From positions 449,789 to 481,788 of the forward strand of contig JAMWCX010000001.1 of assembly GCA_023818895.1 (NCBI GenBank): a stretch of DNA of 32,000 bases. The letters are read 5' to 3'. This document shows, one piece after another, positions 1 through 9,071 of this stretch. The notes below the pieces were generated by a model. That model was given only the letters and a program-made list of their open reading frames with translations, searched no databases and was not told the DNA's origin. Position 1 is the stretch's first letter, and every line of letters begins with the position of its first letter. The position numbers were made by a program, and so were the translations under genes. Origin of the DNA: Candidatus Omnitrophota bacterium. Its GTDB lineage: Bacteria > Omnitrophota > Gorgyraeia > 2-01-FULL-45-10.

Positions 1-110
1 TGGCCATCGTGAAGATACCCCATAGTCGGTACGAAGCCTATGGTCTTACCTTCCTTCCTGACCATCTTTGAAAGCGTGGCCATCCTTTGTATGCTATCTA
101 CCAGCTTCAC
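1..110 (-). CDS. panC: Pantoate--beta-alanine ligase, N-terminal fragment (gene continues past the left edge)
   Basis: Minus-strand translation from GTG at 110 gives VKLVDSIQRMATLSKMVRKEGKTIGFVPTMGYLHDGH. The GFVPTMGxLHxGH motif is the PanC nucleotide-binding signature. An in-frame stop lies just upstream of the GTG. This fragment is not in the ORF track because it is truncated. Confidence 0.8.
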   Translation of the reverse strand, partial: MKLVDSIQRMATLSKMVRKEGKTIGFVPTMGYLHDG

Positions 111-139
111 CGCGCACCTTCTTCACCGGAGACCGCATC

Positions 140-553
140 CTACCTGATAAGGGACGGGGCAAGCTCCCTTAGCCCCTTAAGCACAAACTCCCTTTCCCTT
201 ATGCGGGGGTGCGGAACAATAAGTCCTTCTTCTTCTATTCTCTCGTTGCCGTAATAGAGTATATCAAGGTCTATCGTCCTTGGCATATTAATACCGTCTC
301 TTTTCCGTCCCAGATTGTCTTCTATCGCGTTCAACTTGCTTAAAAGCGTCTTCGGCCTAAGAGACGTCTTTATCTCGATGACACCGTTAAGAAACTTTCC
401 CTGGGGAGTATTGCTCACCGGTTCGGTCTCATAAATCGACGAAAGGCGCGTTACAATAACCCCAGGGGTGTTCCTCAAGGCCTCTATAGCCCTCTCTATA
501 TGAGAACGCCTGTCACCCAGATTAGAACCTATACCTATATAACAGGTGGTCAT
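140..553 (-). CDS. folK: 2-amino-4-hydroxy-6-hydroxymethyldihydropteridine pyrophosphokinase (HPPK)
   Basis: 137 aa. The N-terminus YIGIGSNLGDR, then ETEP, IDLDIL and LxVPHPRxxEReFVL are typical HPPK blocks. Confidence 0.88.
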   Translation of the reverse strand: MTTCYIGIGSNLGDRRSHIERAIEALRNTPGVIVTRLSSIYETEPVSNTPQGKFLNGVIEIKTSLRPKTLLSKLNAIEDNLGRKRDGINMPRTIDLDILYYGNERIEEEGLIVPHPRIREREFVLKGLRELAPSLIR

Positions 554-586
554 AACCGGTTGAGATCATCCGCCATACGCCGCGCA

Positions 587-1756
587 TTATCCTAATCGTT
601 TACCAATTCTATCCACCGCTTCTCTGATACGCCTTTTGTCAACGGTCAGCGCCATTCTGACATAACCTTCGCCACTCGCCCCAAAACCGTTGCCGGGCGT
701 AACAACGATATCGCATTTTTCAAGAAGCGCTTTTGCGAAGGTGGCGGAAGTATAACGCGGCGGTACTTTGCACCATACATAAAATGTGGCTTTCGGCTTA
801 ACCACATTCCAGCCCATTTTATTTAGACCATCCACCAGCAGGTCCCGACGCTCCTGGTATATCTTGATCGTAGTCCTTATGTGCTTGTCGTAATTCTCAA
901 AAGCGGCGACGCCAGCCCACTGGATGGCGAAGAACACTCCGGAATCTACGTTGGACTTCACCTTCGCCAGAGATTCCACAAGATGCTTATTGCCGCAGGC
1001 AAAACCTATGCGCCAGCCGGTCATGTTAAATGTCTTTGAAAGAGAATGAAACTCTATGGCGACATCTCGCCCGCCCTTCACCTCCATTATGCTGGGCGCC
1101 TTGTAGCCATCGTAACACATTTCCGAATATGCGGCGTCGCAAAGGACTACTATATTGTGTTTTAGGGCAAATTCCACGACGTGCTCAAGAAAGCGCTTAT
1201 CGCATACGGCGCCGGTTGGATTGTTCGGATAGTTGATGTACATGATTCTGGCCTTATGAAGTATGTTGTGACTTATCGCTTTTAGGTCAGGAAGAAAATG
1301 ATTGTTTTCTACGAGCGGCATTAGCGCCACCTCACCACCGGCAAACCATGTTCCGGACTTATATGGCGGATAGCAGGGGTCGGGAACGAGCGATATATCA
1401 CCGGGATTCATGACCGCAAGAGGCATGTGCGCTATCCCCTCTTTTGAGCCGATAAGCGGAAGTATCTCGCTGGCGGGATCCAGATCCACCTCAAAGCGCT
1501 TCTTAAACCACTTTGAGATCGCCTGCCTGAATTCTGGAAGTCCGGCATCGAGCGGATATCGGTGATTTCTGGGGTCGGCCAGCGCCTTTTTCATAGCCTC
1601 TATAATGAATCGCGGTGTAGGCATATCCGGATCGCCGATGCCGAGGTCTATGATATCGCGGCCTTCATCACGCGCCTTTTTCTTCGCTCTGTCAATCTCC
1701 ACAAAAAGATAGGGCGGCAGCTTCTTTAATCTTTCAGAACATTCGATCTTTATCAT
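587..1756 (-). CDS. dapL: LL-diaminopimelate aminotransferase (class I/II PLP aminotransferase, DapL type)
   Basis: 389 aa with LPPYLFxEID, GIGDPDMPTP, INYPNNPTG and the PLP-lysine block SLSKTFNMTGWR. It lies directly downstream of dapB/dapA/dapF/lysA, and no dapD/C/E is present in the window. Specificity is inferred from family resemblance and context. Confidence 0.8.
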   Translation of the reverse strand: MIKIECSERLKKLPPYLFVEIDRAKKKARDEGRDIIDLGIGDPDMPTPRFIIEAMKKALADPRNHRYPLDAGLPEFRQAISKWFKKRFEVDLDPASEILPLIGSKEGIAHMPLAVMNPGDISLVPDPCYPPYKSGTWFAGGEVALMPLVENNHFLPDLKAISHNILHKARIMYINYPNNPTGAVCDKRFLEHVVEFALKHNIVVLCDAAYSEMCYDGYKAPSIMEVKGGRDVAIEFHSLSKTFNMTGWRIGFACGNKHLVESLAKVKSNVDSGVFFAIQWAGVAAFENYDKHIRTTIKIYQERRDLLVDGLNKMGWNVVKPKATFYVWCKVPPRYTSATFAKALLEKCDIVVTPGNGFGASGEGYVRMALTVDKRRIREAVDRIGKRLG

Positions 1757-1765
1757 GGCCCCCCC

Positions 1766-2446
1766 TTAAAGAGAAAGGACATCCTTCATTGTGTACAACC
1801 CCGGCGCTTTTCCGGCTATGAACTTCGCTGCTCTAAGCGCTCCCCTCGCGAATATGTCGCGCGTCTTTGCGCTGTGCGTTATCTCCAAAGTATCAACGTC
1901 CGAATCGAAAGTTATAGTATGCTCACCGACGATATCGTCCTCTCGAATCGACTCTATAGGTATATCGATATCACTGCCTTTGGATTCTCTGACTATGCGC
2001 GCCATCTCCTTGGCGGTTCCGGATGGCGAATCCTTCTTGTTAACGTGATGCGCTTCAATGATCTCCACCGCATACTCGCTTCCCAGAACTTTTGCAGCAT
2101 CGGCTATCAGCTTAAAAAGAAGGTTCACGGCAATCGACATATTGGGAGATAACACAACTGGTATGTTTTTAGACGCGGCGGCCACTTTCTGCTGATCCGT
2201 CTCCGACAGGCCGGTCGTTCCGATCACCATCGCGATCCCCCGCTTTTCGCAGATCTCCAGGTGCTCCATTGTAGCCTCCGGCGTGGTAAATTCGATGAGG
2301 CAATCGCAGGAGTTTAAAGCGCCGCTGGCATCTTCACCGACATCAAAACTTCCGACAAGTTCAATCTCGGCGTCGTCCTTAGAAAGTTCGACTATCCGCG
2401 ATCCCATCCTTCCCTTACAACCGCTGACGCATATTTTGACCATCAC
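1766..2446 (-). CDS. dapB: 4-hydroxy-tetrahydrodipicolinate reductase (short form)
   Basis: 226 aa. Has an N-terminal GCKGRMG dinucleotide-binding loop and the EAHHxxKKDSPSGTA signature. Confidence 0.92.
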   Translation of the reverse strand: MMVKICVSGCKGRMGSRIVELSKDDAEIELVGSFDVGEDASGALNSCDCLIEFTTPEATMEHLEICEKRGIAMVIGTTGLSETDQQKVAAASKNIPVVLSPNMSIAVNLLFKLIADAAKVLGSEYAVEIIEAHHVNKKDSPSGTAKEMARIVRESKGSDIDIPIESIREDDIVGEHTITFDSDVDTLEITHSAKTRDIFARGALRAAKFIAGKAPGLYTMKDVLSL

Positions 2447-2453
2447 GCGCTCC

Positions 2454-3326
2454 TTATATAAGATTATACGCTTTAAGTTCCTTTACCAGCTTGTCCTTAT
2501 TTGAGTCCTCCATCTCACACATGGGCAGACGAAGCTGCGGATCTATCATTCCCATAAGACCCATAGCCGTCTTCACCGGTATGGGGTTAGTCTCCACAAA
2601 CATCGCCTTCACGAGGGGCAGCATCTTGTAATGAAGCTCCTGCGCCCTTTTTATATCTCCCCTTTCAAACGCATTACACATATCGGCCACATCGCGAGGT
2701 ATTATATTGGCAACCACCGAGATGATCCCGACTCCGCCTATCGCCAATACGGGGAGAGTCAGCGCGTCATCACCCGATATAAGAAGAAAATCCTTGGGGA
2801 CGAGCTTCTTCATCCTAGACATCTGCTCAAGGCTGCCAGAGGCTTCCTTTACCCCAATTATGTTCTTTATTTGAGCGAGTTTCGCAAAAGTTTCGGGCTC
2901 TATATTAACCCCTGTCCGCGACGCTATGTTGTAAAGTATTATCGGTATGTTTACGGCTTCAGCGATAGCCTTAAAATGCAAGTATAGGCCTTTCTGCGTG
3001 GGCTTATTGTAATAAGGACTTACCTGAAGACTGGCATCGGCGCCGCAGTTTTTTGCGTGCTTGGTAAGCATTATCGCCTCATCCGTGGAATTGGCGCCGG
3101 TCCCCGCTATGACAGGCACCCTGCCGTTAACTATTTTAACAGTAAGCTCTATCACACGATCGTGTTCTTCGTAGGAAAGCGTTGCGGACTCGCCGGTCGT
3201 GCCGCATGGAACTATGACGGAGGTGCCATTCTCTATCTGGAACTCTATAATATTTTTCAGCGCTTTCTCGTCCACCTTCCCATTGCGGAACGGCGTAACC
3301 AGCGCTACCATCGAACCTTTGAACAT
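2454..3326 (-). CDS. dapA: 4-hydroxy-tetrahydrodipicolinate synthase
   Basis: 290 aa with GTTGES, a Schiff-base lysine context (GVKEASG), and the overall DapA/NAL family pattern. Confidence 0.95.
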   Translation of the reverse strand: MFKGSMVALVTPFRNGKVDEKALKNIIEFQIENGTSVIVPCGTTGESATLSYEEHDRVIELTVKIVNGRVPVIAGTGANSTDEAIMLTKHAKNCGADASLQVSPYYNKPTQKGLYLHFKAIAEAVNIPIILYNIASRTGVNIEPETFAKLAQIKNIIGVKEASGSLEQMSRMKKLVPKDFLLISGDDALTLPVLAIGGVGIISVVANIIPRDVADMCNAFERGDIKRAQELHYKMLPLVKAMFVETNPIPVKTAMGLMGMIDPQLRLPMCEMEDSNKDKLVKELKAYNLI

Positions 3327-3341
3327 ACTAGAATCTCCTCA

Positions 3342-4181
3342 TTAAATACGTATCTTGCCTTCAAACACAAGCTGTGCCTTTCCCTCAAGATAGACGTTTT
3401 TAAAATTCCCGTCTATCAAATCAAAATAGACCTTGAGTTTCTCGCCGCTGCGCGTCTCGACGGTTATCGGCGATGACATCTTCTCGGCCTCCGCCGCGAT
3501 TATCGCGCTAGCGACCGAGCCGGTGCCGCAGGCAAGAGTCTCATCTTCGACACCGCGCTCGTAGGTCCTCACCCTTATGGTGTTCTTGTCCACCACCTTC
3601 ACGAAGTCCGCATTGGTTCCCGCCGGAGCAAACTCACCGTGGTTTCGTATATGGGAGCCAAGCGACCTAACATCGATATTTTCAAGATCATCCACAAAAT
3701 GGACCACATGCGGTACCCCGGTATTCACGAAATCAAGCTTATAGGGGCACTTATTGATCATAAGACAGAGATTCCATTTTATATCTTTCGGTTCCGTAAG
3801 AAGCACCTTTACCATATTCCCCTGAACGCTCGCCTTCAGCTCTCCGGCAACTGTGTCGATAGTCATTTGCCTCGGCGCGATTTTTTTCACCGCCGCGTAA
3901 AGGGCCGCGCATCGCGAGCCGTTGCCGCACATCTCCGCCTCACTGCCATCCCTATTAAAGATGCGCATCCTGAAGTCCGATCTCTTGGAGCGTTCAATGA
4001 CGAGCATGCCATCAGCCCCGACTGACCATTTACGGTCACAGAGGTTTCTGGCAAGGCCATTGAGATCATTTATTCGACGGGACCGATTATCAATTATTAT
4101 AAAATCATTCCCTGTCGCAACCGCCTTGGTAAATGTTATTGCTGCGCTTCTTGCCCGCTGCTTCAGACTTTCAATTTTCAC
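3342..4181 (-). CDS. dapF: Diaminopimelate epimerase
   Basis: 279 aa with both catalytic cysteine motifs (MCGNGSRC and ACGTGSVA). Its start overlaps the lysA stop by 4 nt. Confidence 0.95.
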   Translation of the reverse strand: MKIESLKQRARSAAITFTKAVATGNDFIIIDNRSRRINDLNGLARNLCDRKWSVGADGMLVIERSKRSDFRMRIFNRDGSEAEMCGNGSRCAALYAAVKKIAPRQMTIDTVAGELKASVQGNMVKVLLTEPKDIKWNLCLMINKCPYKLDFVNTGVPHVVHFVDDLENIDVRSLGSHIRNHGEFAPAGTNADFVKVVDKNTIRVRTYERGVEDETLACGTGSVASAIIAAEAEKMSSPITVETRSGEKLKVYFDLIDGNFKNVYLEGKAQLVFEGKIRI

Positions 4182-5434
4182 CTAAGCACCTTCGGTATTG
4201 TCTCTCCCCTCACAAGGTCCTTGTAGGTCTCGTGCCTGCGCACGATATAAAATTTCTTGCCCATGGCCATAACCTCGGACGGGCGCGGTCTCGAATTATA
4301 ATTGCTCGACATAACAAAACCGTAAGCGCCCGCGCCCATGACCGCTAGAAGATCTCCGCGGCCCACCTGCGGCATAAGCCTGTCCTTACCCAGAAAATCG
4401 CCTGATTCGCATATTGGGCCAACCACATCTACCCTCTCGGCTGTGTCAGAACTATTATGAGGCACCTTCACAGGCACTATTTTATGATATGCCTCATAAA
4501 GGCTCGGCCTGATAAGATCGCTCATACCGCCGTCAACGATCACGAACTTCTTGCGCGGCGTGCGCTTCGTATATATCACCCTGGTAACAAGTATGCCGCT
4601 ATTTCCGGAAATAAATCTGCCGGGCTCCAGGATTACCTTGACCCCCATCTTCTTTATAAGAGGAATGATCTTTCGGGCAAAACTCTTTGCCGTTTGAGGG
4701 TTCTCCACAGAATAGATGATGCCCAGCCCGCCGCCGATATTGAAATATTCTATTTCTATTCTTTTCGAGTTAAGGAAATCTATGACCTTTCTGATCGCTT
4801 CCTGAAACGGAAGGGCATCCGTTATCTGGGAGCCGATATGAATGTGAACTCCCTTAATCCGAAGATTCGGATATCTCCACCTCATATTGAAAATTTTGTG
4901 AGCCGTCTCGAAATCTAACCCGAACTTCGTCTCGCCCTTACCGGTAGTTATGTAGTGATGCGTCTTCGGTATAACATCGGGATTGATCCTTATAGCGACG
5001 TTAACCTTCCTGCCGTATTTTTCGGCGCATCTCTGAATCTCCTCAAGTTCGTCCTCGGATTCCGCGTTAAAGAACAATATCCCAAAATCGATCGCTTCTA
5101 TTATCTCTTCGCGCTTCTTGCCGACACCGGCATATACCACCTTGCGCGGGTCAACGCCGGCGAGCCTTGCCCTATAAAGTTCGCCGCCGGAGACCACGTC
5201 AAGGCCGGCGCCGTTCTTAACGAGGGCGCGGACAACGGCAATATTGGAATTGGACTTCATGGAAAAACATATAAGCGGATTAATGGCACTGAAAGCTGTC
5301 TTGAGCTTCCGGTAATGGTCAATAAGAGTGCCGTAACTGTAGAGATAGAATGGCGTCGGCACCTTCTTCGCGATATCCGACACTTTTATGTCTTCGCAAT
5401 AAAGTTCGTTATCCCTAAACGTGAACTTGTGCAT
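4178..5434 (-). CDS. lysA: Diaminopimelate decarboxylase
   Basis: Carries the PLP-lysine block FSMKSNSN plus GGGLGI and CESGD motifs. The ORF track extends to 5467, but the ATG at 5434 (MHKFTFRDN...) has AGGAGA 4-5 nt upstream and sits 1 nt after the argH stop. The 5467 start would overlap argH by 32 nt. Confidence 0.93.
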   Translation of the reverse strand: MHKFTFRDNELYCEDIKVSDIAKKVPTPFYLYSYGTLIDHYRKLKTAFSAINPLICFSMKSNSNIAVVRALVKNGAGLDVVSGGELYRARLAGVDPRKVVYAGVGKKREEIIEAIDFGILFFNAESEDELEEIQRCAEKYGRKVNVAIRINPDVIPKTHHYITTGKGETKFGLDFETAHKIFNMRWRYPNLRIKGVHIHIGSQITDALPFQEAIRKVIDFLNSKRIEIEYFNIGGGLGIIYSVENPQTAKSFARKIIPLIKKMGVKVILEPGRFISGNSGILVTRVIYTKRTPRKKFVIVDGGMSDLIRPSLYEAYHKIVPVKVPHNSSDTAERVDVVGPICESGDFLGKDRLMPQVGRGDLLAVMGAGAYGFVMSSNYNSRPRPSEVMAMGKKFYIVRRHETYKDLVRGETIPKVLR

Positions 5435-5435
5435 C

Positions 5436-6761
5436 CTATCTCCTGGCGATCGAACGCTTGGAATCAACCGAAGCTTTTGGGTTGAAAAGCTTCAATATCT
5501 GCTGACTCTTGAATTTATCTGAGAATTTATGCAATTCGGCTTCGCTCATGCTCTTTATCTCTATCTTGTTATCTAACGAATACCTCACAAGACGGCCGAC
5601 GATCGCGTGGGCGGTCTTGAAGGGCACGCCTTTATCTACGAGATAATAAACCAGATCCGTAGCGTAGAGCGATTCGTCTTCCAAATACGCCTCTATCCTG
5701 ACCTTCTTGAACTTTATTGTTCCAATAAGCCGTGAAAGGACCTTAAGTGACATAGAAACGGTCTCTATCGAATTAAAGAGGGGCTCTTTATCGAGCTGCA
5801 TATCCCTATTATAGGAAAGGGGCAGCCCCTTCATCATAGTGAGAACGCTTATGAGATTTCCGTTAAGGTGGCCGGCGTATCCCCTTATAAGCTCCAGCAC
5901 ATCGGCGTTTTTCTTATGGGGCATGAGGGAGCTTCCGGTACAGAAGGCATCGTCAATCTCCACAAAGTCAAACTCCTTTGTAGACCATATGATCAGGTCC
6001 TCCCCCAGCCTCGAAAGATGCACGCCGCATATAGCTAGCGCACTCAATATCTCGATGACGAAATCTCTGTCACTGACAGCATCTATGGAATTAACGGCCG
6101 ATTTAATTTTTAGCCCCTGAATACTGACGTTATATTTAGCCGAAGGTATAGGCGTTCCTGCAAGCGCCCCCGCGCCCATCGTCAGCTCGATATTATTGGA
6201 TATCGAAGCGAGTCGTGCTCTGTCACGCTCAAACATACGGATATAGGCACCCAGATAGTCTTTTAAGTACACTGGCTGGGCGTGCTGCATATGCGTAAAA
6301 CCGGGTATTACCATGTCCTCGTTCTTTTTTGACAATTTAGCAAGCGTTTCCTCAACAGCCGCAAGGTCCGCAATCAGTCCGGCAAGCTCCACCTTGCAAT
6401 AAACCTTTGTCGCCAATACAACCTGCTCGTTGCGGGACCGCGCAGTATGAAGTTTGAGCGCAAGATCCCCCACCTTGGCCTCGAGCTTGTTTTGGATATC
6501 AGTATGTATGTCCTCGGCCTTAGCGTCATATTTGAACACACCTCTAACGGTGGCCTTGTAAAGTGAGTCGAGCGCCATAGTGAGCTTTGCCGCCTCCTTC
6601 GGACTCAAGTACTTCGCTTTCTTTAGAACTTGAACGTGCAAGATAGACCCTAAGATATCGTATCTGGCCAGCTTGTGGTCGTAGTGGACTGATTTGGTAA
6701 ATTCCTCTACAAGCGGATCAGTCTCCTTCGAAAATCTACCGCCCCACAGTTTCTTAGTCAT
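5436..6761 (-). CDS. argH: Argininosuccinate lyase
   Basis: 441 aa. Starts MTKKLWGGRF and carries the fumarate-lyase signature GSSLMPHKKNAD. Confidence 0.95.
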   Translation of the reverse strand: MTKKLWGGRFSKETDPLVEEFTKSVHYDHKLARYDILGSILHVQVLKKAKYLSPKEAAKLTMALDSLYKATVRGVFKYDAKAEDIHTDIQNKLEAKVGDLALKLHTARSRNEQVVLATKVYCKVELAGLIADLAAVEETLAKLSKKNEDMVIPGFTHMQHAQPVYLKDYLGAYIRMFERDRARLASISNNIELTMGAGALAGTPIPSAKYNVSIQGLKIKSAVNSIDAVSDRDFVIEILSALAICGVHLSRLGEDLIIWSTKEFDFVEIDDAFCTGSSLMPHKKNADVLELIRGYAGHLNGNLISVLTMMKGLPLSYNRDMQLDKEPLFNSIETVSMSLKVLSRLIGTIKFKKVRIEAYLEDESLYATDLVYYLVDKGVPFKTAHAIVGRLVRYSLDNKIEIKSMSEAELHKFSDKFKSQQILKLFNPKASVDSKRSIARR

Positions 6762-6874
6762 ATTTTCTCCCCAATAAAAAACAGCAAAATAAAAACAACA
6801 ACCGATTTTTAAAGCGCCAAACGCGGTTCAGACTTAAGGACTCAAACCCGCCGTAATTTGCGTGCTTTTAAAAC

Positions 6875-8065
6875 TCATGCTTTATTCTTGTATGACCCTT
6901 TGTACGGCAGGCCCCACAGCTCTATAAATCCCTTCGCAAGGGACTGATCGAACTTATCACCCTCTTCATAGGTCGCGAGCTCTTCTCTATATAGGGAGTT
7001 CGGCGACTTTCTGCCCACAACCCTGCATGTCCCCTTATGAAGCTTAAGCCTCACCACACCATTGACGCGCTTCTGCGTATAGTCAATAAACTTATCAAGA
7101 GCCTCCCTAAGAGGCGTATACCAGAGGCCGTAATAGATAAGTTCCGCGTACTTAAGCGCCACCGCCTCTTTATAATGCGCGAGCTCCCTGTCGAGCACAA
7201 GGCTTTCGAGCCCCTTATGCGCCTCAAGAAGCGTCCAACCGGCCGGCGACTCATACACCTCCCGCGATTTTATACCGACGAGGCGGTTTTCGATAATATC
7301 GCTTCTGCCGACCCCCGCATTGCCTGCTATCTTAGATAGCCTGAGAATCAGGTCTACGCCGGACATCCATTTTCCGTTAAGTTTTACAGGAACACCTTCT
7401 TTGAACTCTATCTCCACATAGACAGGCTCCGCCGCAGAATCCTTCACTCCTTTCGTAAGTTGATATATATTTTCGTCAGGCTCGTAATAAGGATCTTCCA
7501 ACTTCCCACTCTCAATCGATATTCCCCAAAGATTAACATCAAGCGAGTATGGCTTCTTCTTTGATGCGTCAATGGGTATATTATTCTTCTTCGCATAGTC
7601 TATTTCTTCCGACCTTGTCTTCATTTCCCATTCTCTGACCGGCGCCATTATCTTAAGCCGTGGATCGAGAGATCTTATAGTGACTTCAAATCTTACTTGG
7701 TCATTACCTTTTCCCGTACAGCCATGAGCGACATAAGAGGCCTTCTGGGCCTGCGCCACTTTGACAAGCCCATTCGCGATTAGGGGACGGGAAAGAGCGG
7801 TCGCAAGAAGGTAGCCAGACTCATATACCGCATTGGCCTTTAGCGCCCTGAAAACGAAATCTTCCACAAACTCTTTCTTGAGATCATCTACAAATACCTT
7901 ACTGGCTCCGGTTGCAATGGCCCTCCTCCTATAAGCCTCGAAATCACAGCCCTGCCCGACATCGGCCATGTACGCAATAACATCATAACCTCTTTTGGTA
8001 AGCCATTTTATTATTACCGACGTATCTAGTCCGCCTGAATACGCAAGCACTACTTTTTCTTTCAT
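6875..8065 (-). CDS. argG: Argininosuccinate synthase
   Basis: 396 aa with the AYSGGLDTS ATP-pyrophosphatase motif and a GCTGKGNDQVRFE block. Confidence 0.96.
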   Translation of the reverse strand: MKEKVVLAYSGGLDTSVIIKWLTKRGYDVIAYMADVGQGCDFEAYRRRAIATGASKVFVDDLKKEFVEDFVFRALKANAVYESGYLLATALSRPLIANGLVKVAQAQKASYVAHGCTGKGNDQVRFEVTIRSLDPRLKIMAPVREWEMKTRSEEIDYAKKNNIPIDASKKKPYSLDVNLWGISIESGKLEDPYYEPDENIYQLTKGVKDSAAEPVYVEIEFKEGVPVKLNGKWMSGVDLILRLSKIAGNAGVGRSDIIENRLVGIKSREVYESPAGWTLLEAHKGLESLVLDRELAHYKEAVALKYAELIYYGLWYTPLREALDKFIDYTQKRVNGVVRLKLHKGTCRVVGRKSPNSLYREELATYEEGDKFDQSLAKGFIELWGLPYKGSYKNKA

Positions 8066-8143
8066 GGTTAACTCCCGCTATAAATTAAACACAGGCTAAG
8101 GCCACTGGTAAAGCTTCCGAGCCCAATCTCATAGTTGACCTTG

Positions 8144-9058
8144 TTACTTTAATAACTTAAGGAGAACTGCTTTCTGAACATGCATCCTGTTCTCCGCTTG
8201 GTCATACACAATCGAATGATTTGAATCCATAACCGAATCCGTAATCTCCTGCCCCCTGTGGGCCGGCAGGCAATGCATTACGACAGACATGGTCTTGGCC
8301 TTCTTGACAAGTTTATCGTTTATCTGAAAGTTCTTGAAGGCCTTTATTCTTTTAGCGGCTTCCTTCTCCTGCCCCATGCTCACCCATACATCTGTATAAA
8401 GGACATCCGCGTCCTTCGCCGCGCTCTCCGGACTACTTGAGATCTCCAGTCTGGCGCCAGATTCCGCCGAAAGGGCTCTGGCGAGCTTTACAATCCCCTT
8501 GTCAGGCGCGTAATTTTTCGGCGTGGCGGCTTTCATATTTATGCCTAGCTTCATCGCCGCTATCATCAAAGAATTAAGGACATTATTACCGTCGCCTATA
8601 TAAGCCAGCGTCAGCCCTTTCAGGAAGCCAAACCTCTCCCTCATGGTAAATACGTCGCCAAGAGCCTGACACGGATGCGACATGTCGCTAAGGCCGTTTA
8701 TTATCGGTATAGAGGCATGCTTGGCAAGCTCCACGACCGTAGCGTGTTCATGGGTCCGAGCCACGATTCCGTTAAGATAGCGCGACAAAACACATGCCAC
8801 GTCTTTAACAGACTCTCTGCCACCCATCCCTATCTCGCTCGAACCCAGATAGATAGAATAACCGCCCATCTGGTACATGCCGATTTCGAAAGAGACACGG
8901 GTCCTGTTGGAAGGTTTCTGAAATATCAGGCCTATTGACTTCCCCTTGAGCGCTCTTTCATATTTCCGAGGATTCTTCTTAATGTCAGCTGCAAGATCCA
9001 GTATTTCTACGATCTCTTCGGTCTTCAAATCCTGAACGGATAAAAGATCTTTTTTCAC
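8144..9058 (-). CDS. argF: Ornithine carbamoyltransferase
   Basis: 304 aa with the SxRTR carbamoyl-phosphate motif (SNRTRVSFE), HPCQ, the DVWVSMG (SMG loop) and HCLPAHRGQE. Confidence 0.92.
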   Translation of the reverse strand: MKKDLLSVQDLKTEEIVEILDLAADIKKNPRKYERALKGKSIGLIFQKPSNRTRVSFEIGMYQMGGYSIYLGSSEIGMGGRESVKDVACVLSRYLNGIVARTHEHATVVELAKHASIPIINGLSDMSHPCQALGDVFTMRERFGFLKGLTLAYIGDGNNVLNSLMIAAMKLGINMKAATPKNYAPDKGIVKLARALSAESGARLEISSSPESAAKDADVLYTDVWVSMGQEKEAAKRIKAFKNFQINDKLVKKAKTMSVVMHCLPAHRGQEITDSVMDSNHSIVYDQAENRMHVQKAVLLKLLK

Positions 9059-9071
9059 GAGCGTGCCTTCG

